From positions 496,001 to 560,000 of the forward strand of contig JAHLTZ010000001.1 in assembly GCA_025786725.1 (NCBI GenBank): a stretch of 64,000 nucleotides of DNA, in the 5' to 3' direction. The translations under genes and the position numbers were made by a program. Shown in pieces: positions 27,886 to 38,778 of the stretch. Every line of letters starts with the position of its first letter. Positions within the stretch are counted from its first letter, which is position 1. The notes beneath the pieces were generated by a model. The model was not told where the DNA came from. It saw nothing but the letters and a program-made list of their open reading frames with translations, and did no database searches. Origin of the DNA: Syncephalis fuscata S228. Its lineage: Eukaryota > Fungi > Zoopagomycota.

Positions 27886-28356
27886 CCGAGTTTTCAAGCC
27901 ATTGGTATTGATAGCGTGATTGGACCGTCATTTCAACATATTTTAGATATATGCTCGGCAAAAGGCAAGACTGTTGGCAACTGTCATTCAATCTATTTAC
28001 ATATTAAATTCCAGTCAATACCCCTGGTTATTCACTCTTAATTGATAGTATTATCGTATTATCAACAGATTTGCAAATCTTATATTCTACAGTATTTGAA
28101 ATTTTGACTAATAAATAAAAAACATTAATAGTTTAAATTGACAACATATTCGAGTGAAGATAGGAAAGTGATAATACATATTTGTATCTACGCAAAATGT
28201 ACGACCTGCTTTAGCTAATTTATGTTTTAGTATTTATTATATATAGACAACATCAACTGTCAATGTCTAAATCATTATTTATTGTATGATTATATCAACG
28301 CCTTTACAATAATAAAAAATGTAGCAATGGCATATGCAAGTAATATTGATATGAAA

Positions 28357-30342
28357 TTATTGTCTACACTGGTTTGGAACATCAAAATTCTCCACCACAT
28401 TATCAATAAAAGTAAGAATATCAGTGTCGACAACAACAACAGTGCGAGTACCATTAAGTGCAGCACCAATGCCTAGGCCACGTTTGGCAAATGCCTTCCA
28501 AAGTGCACAGCTGTGAGCTCCTTTGGTTAGCGTCTTTTCTGCCTGTAGTATAGCATCACGAGCATCAATATATGATGGCTGGCATTTCATCAGTTTGAGC
28601 GAACTAATAAACAATTGCATTGATAATGTGTTACCACGATTGAGATTGGCGGATCGGATATTAGAATCAAATCCAAGCTTATCTACAAGATTCCAGTGCA
28701 TTTCGTACAATACTGTGGCCCATATTTCGCCTAGCTTGTGTGGCTCAGTCCACTTGTTATCATTAAAAAGACCATAAGTAGTTGGATTGACTTGCATGTC
28801 GGTAGAATAAGGATATGTACGTGATGTGGTTGCATACGAATACTTTTCATATTCATATTTTTTGTTGCGCTTATCGTTAGGCTTTAGCTCTAACCAATTG
28901 CTACAAAATCGCTGCTGCCTTCTGAAATACCCGATGGTCCGAGCAATGCCATGCAACCACCACCGCTTGGTCCACCCACCAATCGATCAGTAACACCGTG
29001 TGTATATTCGTGAGCAACAACAGCATTATCAAAGGCGGCATCACGAGTTGGATTGGTTGTATTATAGCGATATAAATGTAGCTCAGGGGACTTGCCATCT
29101 ACTGCTGGCAGAAGATATGAGTTGTTGATATTCAAACCATCGAGGTCACGGCAATTAATGGATCGTTGTCTTTACCACCTTTGCCAAAATTATTGGCCTG
29201 AAAGTTGCCTGCAACTTCATTAAACCCATATTTGTAAAAAAAATCATGGAGTGAATTAACCACGTAGAATAGATTGGTTACTGATGCATTAGAATACTCA
29301 GTTGCGTTTTTTGTCAAATCAAGTGGATAATCAAACGTTTCTTTTTGACTGCCTGGTATGGGATTGCAAATAAGCTTGTATCCACCATCTGGCGTCTTAT
29401 TATAATCTGCAACACAGGCAATAGCATTTTTCCTTTAGTAACACCATTGGGCGTGCTACTAGTGTCAATCCAGCCACTAGGAGATGTCTTAAAGTCTTCG
29501 GGATTGGTAAGTAACTGGCGCGGTGTATCAGCCGGATTGTTATTTCCAATAGGCACAACCCGGTATTTTGCATTGGCGGTCCAGTCAAGCATCTGATAAA
29601 CTTCAAACCATCGGCATCTATGTCGACATCAAAATAATTGCTGAATGTTGCCATTTGTATATTCCATACAGGTGCAGTCGTGCCATTGTTTAAACGAAGA
29701 TAGCGACGAGTGGCAATTGCATTGTTACGTGCAAAGGGAACGTTGTTTAGTACAACTTTATTGTTATCTGATGATGGCTCTGCGGTTTCTGTAACTTTGG
29801 AAATATCAATAGGCTTCTTTATACGATCGGCAAATATTTTAAGTGCATCTTTGGCACTAATAAACGGCTTTCCTGGCTCTCGCCAGGTTCCAGACTGGCC
29901 ATATTTGGGCTTATAAATACTGTTGCTATAGGCAACTATGTGTCCTTCGTCATTAATATTAATATTAATACGTCCGTTAATGACTTCTATATTGTCAATC
30001 GTTTGTTGTAGATAGATATGAGTGAGGCCGGTATCGCTGCCACGGTAATTATCCTTGACGATATATTCGTTTTTGGTAAGTTGGAATTTTTGGTGTGCAA
30101 AATCCAATGCGATCGCATTGGATCCTTTTTTCCGCCAAAAAGATTGGTAACACTAAGAAGGTTGTTGACTTTTTTGTTGCAACTGTTAGTATGCCATCTC
30201 GCGCCTCAGTAAATAGTCTATCAACTGGCTGTGGTCCAAAATTAGCAATGTGCACGATATCACTGATATCTAGCGCGGGAACTGTCTTGAGAGAGTTCAA
30301 AAGAGCAAAAAGAGCAATTAAAACGGATACAGAGGCTTTCAT
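28357..30342 (-). CDS. Fungalysin (M36) secreted metalloprotease, copy 1, multiple frameshifts
   Basis: Signal peptide MKASVSVLIAL; FTP prodomain (THIYLQQTIDNIEV); YGFNEVAGNFQ; HEYTHG zinc motif; EGSSD; EPHKLGEIW; LWKAFAKRGLG. Confidence 0.93.
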
Positions 30343-30911
30343 ATTGTTAAACGGTATTAGAGTTGAAAGAATAGCTAGGAAAAAGAGTAGAAAAAGATGG
30401 TGCTGCATTAATTAAATGTAGTGCATGGCCATGCTATTTATTAACTACCGTTCAGGAGAAATAAACCTGTATAATAGAGGCCTTAGCCCGTACTATACGT
30501 TTGATATAAAAACCAAAAATTTTAAACAATTGTCTATAATTAATGAATAAACGTAGTACAGATGTCGTTATATAGACACAATTCAACAATGAATAGTAAA
30601 TAGTAGATAGCAAGCAATGTTTTTATAAGCAATCAAAGATGTTTGTAAAAGCTAAAAATAGCTATTAGTGGGCATGTATTAATGGTGTATAGGACTTGAC
30701 TATTATAAGTCAGGCATTAGCTAAAACAGACAATAGCCAGCTCTATGGTTGCAGCAGTAAAAGCATAAACAAGTATCCAATCAAAGGTGCAAGATAAGAT
30801 TTAATTATAGCTGTCAATGTGCTTATTTACAATTAAATTAATAAATATTCAAATAAATAGTGTTTTTGGTTTATATAGTATTTATTGATAACTATTGATA
30901 TTGATTTTCTG

Positions 30912-32876
30912 TTATTGTTTCATAGTCGTATTGCATACTTGAGGTACTTGGTAACTTTCAATAATGTTGTCGATAAAAGTGGGCATATCTGTGCCTGGAA
31001 TGGTTATATTTCTAGTACCGTTAAGTACTGCTTCATTTCCTAGGCCACGTTTGGCAAATGCCTTCCAAAGTGCACAGCTGTGAGCTCCTTTGGTTAGCGT
31101 CTTTTCTGCCTGTAGTATAGCATCACGAGCATCAATATATGATGGCTGGCATTTCATCAGTTTGAGCGAACTAATAAACAATTGCATTGATAATGTGTTA
31201 CCACGATTGAGATTGGCGGATCGGATATTAGAATCAAATCCAAGCTTATCTACAAGATTCCAGTGCATTTCGTACAATACTGTGGCCCATATTTCGCCTA
31301 GCTTGTGTGGCTCAGCCCATTTGTCATTATTAAAAAGACCATAAGTAGTTGGATTGACTTGCATGTCGGTAGAATAAGAATATGTACGAGGATTAACGCC
31401 AAACGCATATTTACCAAGTTCAAATTGACGGGTGCGCTGATCAGTTGGCTTTAATTCTAGCCACATTGCAACAAAGTCGCCGCTACCCTCGCTAATACCA
31501 GATGGCCCAAGCAATCCTAAACATCCGCCAGCACTCGGACCTCCTACCAAACGAAATGTAACACCATGTGTATATTCGTGGGCAAGAACACTGTTATCGA
31601 ACGTGGCATCTCGGCGTGGTCCAGTACTATCGTATCGATAAATATGCAATTCCGGCGATTCTCCTTCAGGTGCTGGAATAAAGGCAGAGTTGTTTGTTTC
31701 GGTGTCATCTAACGTCATGGCAATCACCGGATCGTTACCTTTGCCGCCCTTGTCGAGATTATCGCTTGGAAATTACCGGCAATTTCGTCAAATCCATATA
31801 CGTAAAAAATGTCGTGAAGCGAATTAATTACGTAAAATAAATTAGTTACCGATGCATTGGCACTAGCTTCTGGAGGCTGTGCCAGATCGAGAGAATAATC
31901 AAATGTTTGATTCCCATTGCTTGTAATTGGTGTGCAAATAGGACGATTAGAAAGCCCTTCGTATTTTGGGACGCAAGCAATAACGTTGTTGCCACTAGTA
32001 ACAAGCTCGTTTGCCGGCTGTTTCATTTCTAGCCAGTCTAGAGGAGAAGCTGCTTTATCTTGTGGATCGACAATCAGTTGGCGTGGCGTGTCTACAGGAT
32101 TATTATGTCCTATAGGCACCGCACGGTAATTTGCATGTCCAGTCCAATCCATGAGTTGATGTATAATGGAGCCATCAGCGGCCACGCTGGCCTCGAAGTA
32201 GTTTTGCGGCATAGCAATACGCAAATTCCACACAGGTGCTATTGTGCCGTCATCCAATCGAATGTACCGCTGTGCAACAACAATGTCTCTGCGTGCAAAA
32301 GAAACATTGCGTAATATACTGCGCTGGCCACCAGGTGCTGGTGGTAAGTATGGCTCTTCGATAATACGGCCGACATCCAGGGTTCATTGAGATATTTGGC
32401 TACTACAATAAGCGCATCTTTACCGCTGATAGCCGGCTTAGCCAGTAATAACCAGCTTCCTAAAGGACTATATAATGGGTCACAGAAGCCGTTTCCATAA
32501 GCAATAACACGTCCTTCGTCGTTAACGTTAATGTTTAATCGGGCGTTTGTAATCTCTATGTTATCCACCAGCTGTTGAAGGTAAATGTGGGTAGTTTGAG
32601 AATCACTGCCATAATATTTATCTTTGATGGTATAGTTGGCCGGAGAGATGTGTAATTCTTTCTGCGCAAAATTAATGCAATTTGCAAAGGATTATTGGTT
32701 ATACTTATATCACTACTTGGATAATCAAGTGTCCCATCACGCACTTCGGTTAAAAGAGTAGCGATAGGCTTGGGTCCAAAGTTAGCAATGCGTACATAGC
32801 TTTTAAGCTTTGCTGCAGCCGTTACATTGAAGCATGCTATGGAGATAATAAACACGTAAACAATAATAATAAGCAT
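30912..32876 (-). CDS. Fungalysin (M36) secreted metalloprotease, copy 2, multiple frameshifts
   Basis: Signal peptide MLIIIVYVFIISIAC; YGFDEIAGNFQ; HEYTHG; EGSGD; EPHKLGEIW; LWKAFAKRGLG. Confidence 0.93.
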
Positions 32877-33400
32877 TTCGTTAACTATGTCGTTATATCT
32901 GGTATAAAAAAAGGTAAGTAAAAGTCCTAAAAGCAACTATTTTGAACCATTTATAAAACACTTTACATCTAGGTAGGACAACTAAACGTGGCAATTTAGA
33001 CAACACGTGTGTTTTAATTGAATTAGGCATTGCAGTATAGGGCTCCGTTATTCAAAGTACTTTTTCACCTGTAATAATAACTATAAACGGTTTATAAGCA
33101 TGTGTTAAATACAAAACAGTGGACAATTTTGTCAATAATGACCAGTAATCACTTTAGCCAACTGGTTCTACAGTAAATAGCACATTCTTTATTTTTACTA
33201 AATTTATAGAGAATTACACGTTATTTATCCATATTAATATTAAAAGCGCCTTTATTCTCGACAATAAGAATCCACAAAAATAATAGACATTTGTTTAATA
33301 ATAGTGCTGAGGATTGCAGGCATTGTTAAATAAAAAAATGTTAGTTCTTCAAATGTATTTTTACCATCAAATAAATAAAGTTATTTTATTTATATTTATT

Positions 33401-33757
33401 TGGTTACAACTGTCACCACAAGCTCTTCCTGGTGAAAACACTTAACCTATCATTATTGCATATGGTGGACGCCAATTTGCTTTATCAATGGTCGGCAAAT
33501 AAACTACGCCTATTAAGCTGATACCAAGAATGCTCAAGACAATGGCGAACATCGGAAATGCTAGTCGTCTACCTTTTTGTCACCATAGACGAGTATCTTA
33601 CATTGCAAATAGGCCCAAAATGCACATAGAAGATTGGAAAATAGAAAAGACCATTCAGACGCAAGAAACCACATGTTGTAGTAACAGCAATAACAACAGC
33701 GGAACGACATGGAATTGTAATCAATGGCTTTTATTAATATTCTATCAATCTTTCTAC
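33401..33757. repeat. About 360-bp direct repeat, copy A (degenerate membrane-protein gene fragment on the minus strand)
   Basis: Nearly identical to 40700-41059 (ctgtcaccacaagctcttcctggtgaaaacacttaacc...atcaatctttctac). Confidence 0.92.
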
Positions 33758-35490
33758 AATGATCAACAACAATGATGGCCTTGTGAATTGCAAAGTAGTT
33801 AAATAAAACATTATAACTATGCTTTGTACATAACAGGTGTTTTCAATTAAAACCAATTTTACATTGAGGATCCAAATTATGAGAGTCAAAGTAAAATCGG
33901 AAATTTTAAAAAAGCTAAAATGCCTGATAAGAAAAAAGTTAATTACAATAAATGCAACAAGCTCTAGTTTAAAGTTTTGCTTATTTGCGTAATTTGGTTC
34001 ATTGTAGCAACATCAACAGCAATGCCAATCGCATTTATTTGTTAAAAGACTTTCGACAATATACTTGTGGCAAATGCAACTTAAAAAAATACAATACAAA
34101 AATATGCTATGTAAGGATTAGCACTAATTGTGTTGAAACAGTAGTTAATATTGAAATAAACGTTTTTATTGAATAAATACAAATCACTAATGAAGCAGCT
34201 ATCAAAATAAATAAAGTGTAATGCAGGCAAAAATTATTTGATTAATAGATTTTTTTAATTTAAGATTTAACAACAAATAAAATTAGGCTGGCTTATTTAG
34301 AGCGTTTCAGATATTAAATTTAGCAATTAAATAATTCCGAATTACATAAAAGTATTATTGATTTGATCAACTCAAACTAATTAGTTTGTGTATCAAGCAA
34401 GAGTGAATATATGCAAAATAAAATCGTCAACACGACATTTGTCATTGATAAACTAAAACAATCTACTCGTAACATCCATTTCTAAATGTTGTAGTAGTCG
34501 CTCCAATGTTCTAATTTAGAAAAGTCATGGAACATGGTGAAAGAAGCTTAAAAGGTGCTGTAACAAATTATTTAAACCATTGATTTGTATTAAATCTTAT
34601 GATATTTTTATTACATAATAAAGACAACTTTTCGACAATATTAAGCATATTGTTGATTGTATAATGTGATTTGGCGGTTAAATAGCTATAATAGCCACAC
34701 ATTTAAACGGAATATCCGCTTTATTGAAAATGAAACTGAGTGATGAGTGTCATTGGTTATTAAACTATTTATTTATTATTATTGTACTGTACATATTTAT
34801 CTGTATACATATACTATATGTCCATCTATCATTAATATTGTAAATTGTAGAAACTATATTAAGGCTAAAAACTAATTGCTAACTACATTTTTTTAGTAGA
34901 TTTTGATTAATTTCACTCATTAGTCTTGGTCGCTTGCATACAGTATAGTCTCACTATCACTATTCACGTATTTGTTTTGTCTATTTATTTTGTTTTATAA
35001 TATTCTATGCTTTATTGCCATATTTTATTAAATAAGCGTATTTATTCTAACTTCAGTATAATATTATTTGGCCATATGATAATGATAGCTTTGCTACTAT
35101 CCATACCAATTATGCCTATAGCTTAGGCGATATAATTATACACATTTTGTTATTAATTTAACCATTTGATTAATGGTTGTCATTATTGGATACAAATAGA
35201 ACATGGTTATAGATATAGCAATTTGATTGTATATAGTTAAGATGAAATCACAATTTATTACTATAAGCTTGCACAGTTGAATAGAAACAACTAAATGCAG
35301 TCTTGTTAATAAAATGATGATTCCATTGATTAAAGACTGGATAAACCAAAGCATTGGCCAAAACTTGATGTATAAATAGACTGGGCGGCGTAGTTGTCAA
35401 ATGGTCTTGCTTTTCACCGAATATATACCTAAAGTGTATTGGAATAGTGGTTTGATTGCACTATCAATGCTGATGTCTTGAAGCCATCGA

Positions 35491-38399
35491 TTATTCTGTA
35501 TTTATAAATAAAAATATTATATGCCATATAATTAATGCATAGCCAGTCGATATATAATGCTACTTACAGCCTATTAATATTAAGTTATTGATATACATGG
35601 TGCATAATATGCAATTAGTGAGTAATTAACTAATACAAAAATTTACATACATTCTATTAATATTGAATAGTTGATACAATTAGTAAATAGCATAGTTAAT
35701 GTATAGTTAACTAATATACAATATTACTTACGAGCTATTAATATTAAACAATTGGTAAAATTAGTAAATAGTGTTAATGTAGTCAATTAATATATAATAT
35801 TACTTACCAGCTATTAATATTAAACAATTAGTACAATTAGTAAATAGTGTTAATGTAGTCAATTAATATATAATATTACTTACGGACTAATAATATTAAA
35901 TAATTAGTACAATCGATAAATAGCAGTTAATGTATAATCAGTTAATATACAATGTCACTTACAATCTATTAATATTAAATAGTTGATATAACCAGAATCA
36001 TAGTTAATGTATAACCAATTAACATACAACACAACTTACAATCTATTAATATTAAATAATTGGTACAATCAGTAAATAGCATAGTTAATGTATAGTCAAT
36101 TAATATACAATACAACTTACTGTCTATTAATATTAAATAATTGGCACAATCAGTAAATATCATAGTCAATATATAATTAGTTAATATACAATATCACTTA
36201 CGACCTATTAATATTAAGTTATTAATATACACGGTGCATGGTATATAATTAGTTAATAGTCAATTAATATACAATACTACTTACTGCCTATTATATTAAG
36301 TTGTTGGCGCACATAGTACATCATATACAATTAGCAAATAACCAATTAACATACAACACAACTTACAATCTATTAATATTAAATAATTGGTATAATCAGT
36401 AAATAACATAGTTAATGTAGTCAATTAATATATAATATTACTTACGAACTAATAATATTAAATAATCGGTACAATCAATAAATAGCATAATTAGTGTAGT
36501 TAGGTAATATACAATATCACTCACTCTCTATTAATATTAAGTTATTGATATACATGGTACACGATATATAATTGGTCAATGGTCAATTAATACACAACAC
36601 TACTTACTGCCTATTATATTAAGTTGTTGGCGCGCATAGTACATCATATACAATTAGCAAATAACCAATTAACATACAACACAACTTACAATCTATTAAT
36701 ATTAAATAATTGGTATAATCAGTAAATAACATAGTTAATGTAGTCAATTAATATATAATATTACTTACATTCTATTAATATTAAACAATTGATACAATCA
36801 GTAAATAGCATAGTTAATGTATAGTTAATTAATGTACAATATAACTTACTTCCTATCAATATTAAACAATTGGTACAATTAGTAAATACCATAGTTAATG
36901 TAGTCAATTAATATATAATATCACTTACTAGCTATTAATATTAAACAATTGGTACAATTAGTAAATAGTGTTAATGTATAATCAGTTAATATACAATATC
37001 ACTTACTGTCTATTAATATTAAACAATTGATACAATTAGTAAGTAGCAGTTAATGTATAATCAGTTAATATACAATGTCACTTACCGCCTATTAGTATTA
37101 AATAATTGGTACAATCAGTATGTAGCATAGTTAATGTATAGTTAATTAATATACAATGTTACTTACCGCCTATTAATGTTAAATAATTGGCATTATCAGT
37201 AAATAGTATAGTTAATGTATAATCAGTTAATATACAATGTCACTTACCGCCTATTAATATTAAATAATTGGTACAATCGATAAATAGCATAATTAATGTA
37301 TAATCAGTTAATATACAATATCACTTACGAGCTATTAATATTAAATAATTGATGTAACCAGTAAATAGCATAGTTAATGTACGGTTAGTTGACATATAAT
37401 ATAACTTACTGCCTATCAATATTAAATCATTGATACACACAATACACAATATGCAATTAGTCAATAGTTACTTAATATATGATGCTACCTACAATCTATT
37501 AATATTTGTTGATACACACAGTACATGGATATAGTTAGCAAGTAATTAATTGATATATAATACAACTTACGACCTATTGTATTGTTAACACACACAATAC
37601 ATAATATATAATTAGTGTATAGTCAATTAATATGCAATGTTACTCGCTCACTATTCCATCAAATTATTGATACACATAGTGCATGGCATATAATTAGTTT
37701 ATAAGTCAGTTGATATACAATGTTACTTACGACCTATTATTATTATTAAGTTATTGGTATGCACAACAAATAATATACAATTAGCCAATGCTCAATTAAT
37801 ATACAATATAACTTACATGCTATTGATATTAAATTGTTGATATACACGATGCATGGCATATAATTAATAAGTAATTGGTTGATATATAATATGACTTACT
37901 TTCTATGGCATTAAGTTGTAATACACATAGTGTATGAAATATCATTAGTCTATAAGTCATCAATATACAATATCACTTACTGCCTATTAGTATTAAGTTA
38001 TTGATATGCATAACATATAATATATAATTAGTAAGTAAGCAATTCATATACAATACAACTTACATTCCGCTAATATTAAGTTATTGATGGATGTATTGCA
38101 TGACACATAATTAGTGTATCTCTATTGATATGCAATACAACTTACCAACTATTGATATTAAGTTATTGATAAACACAATAAATAGTATACAATTAGCATG
38201 TAAACAATTAATATATGATATTACTTGCCACCTATTATAATTATTAGTTAGAAATACTGTTAATAAACAAATGCTGTTATATTTAGTAATATTGCAACAT
38301 ACTACCACGACGGACTAAGGCTGGATTAGCATCCACCATGGCTGTACTGGCCACAAGAGCCACGACAATGGTGCAAATGACGGCAATGGAAAGCTTCAT
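35491..38399 (-). CDS. Micro-exon gene: signal/pro exon + 34 micro-exons (33 x 3 nt, 1 x 6 nt) + terminal exon, encoding a 67-aa secreted six-Cys peptide precursor MKLSIAVICTIVVALVASTAMVDANPALVRRGSVAECKTCLSHCTRGGDTRKYCKIHCSHNYFPAQC
   Basis: Exon 1 is 38399-38303. Each repeat unit reads ...atag|NNN|gtaagt on the minus strand. Concatenated exons give a stop-free frame ending T|AA TAA at 35568/35495-35491. Promoter and 3' UTR are homologous to the 27550 gene. Confidence 0.88.
35496..38302 (-). repeat. Tandem array of 76-86-bp units, each one intron plus one micro-exon
   Basis: The plus-strand motif acttac-NNN-ctatt (with minor variants) recurs 34 times between 35562 and 38236. Most introns carry ctaat/ctgat/ttaac branch-like motifs. 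Confidence 0.95.
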
Positions 38400-38760
38400 G
38401 GTGATATTGATTTGTTAAGACAAACAAATAAAAGAGACAGTAGAGTGTGGTTGGTATAGAGTGGAGAGTAGTGCGCGTGTAGCAAGAAGTAGAGTGTGAT
38501 GAGGATATTGCAGTGGGTTGTGTATATTTTGTGGGCTATTTAAACTTATGGTTTACTGATATGCTAGTATGCTGTAGTATACGAGATATACCATTGATAT
38601 GTAGCATGAACCAATAAAGCAATCCAAACAATGCTTTGAGGTCCGCGTGTACCAATAGATTCATGGCATAATAGAACACTCCCAGTTTTGATTTCAACCT
38701 GCTCAGCATTTACACAAATAACGCGGCAATTCCAATGAGCAGTACATATGCGATAGAGAC
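38400..38760 (-). promoter_or_regulatory. Conserved promoter/5' region of the secreted-peptide family
   Basis: Reverse complement aligns with 27190-27549 and 80-441 (aattgccgcgt.at.tgtgtaa.tgc.gagcaggtt; ttattggttca; TATA-like tttaaatagccc; aaatcaatatcaccATG). Confidence 0.75.
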
Positions 38761-38778
38761 ATGTACATCATCCTGTAT

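Noticed and set aside
27526-27919. Alternative-frame and antisense ORFs over the 111-aa peptide precursor
   Set aside because: By-products of repetitive biased codons; only the 27550 frame has the family signal peptide and start context.
37648-37650. TGA micro-exon as a premature stop or selenocysteine codon
   Set aside because: Exons are phase 1, so it is read C|TG (Leu) and A|GT (Ser).
35496-38302. CRISPR array or plain minisatellite
   Set aside because: Eukaryotic context, no cas genes, and the variable part is only 3 nt bounded by AG and GT/GC. The triplets decode to a coherent Cys-rich ORF.
35975-38308. ORF-track calls 35975-36169 and 38111-38308 (minus)
   Set aside because: Chance read-through of repeated intron sequence; low-complexity I/L/Y/N translations.
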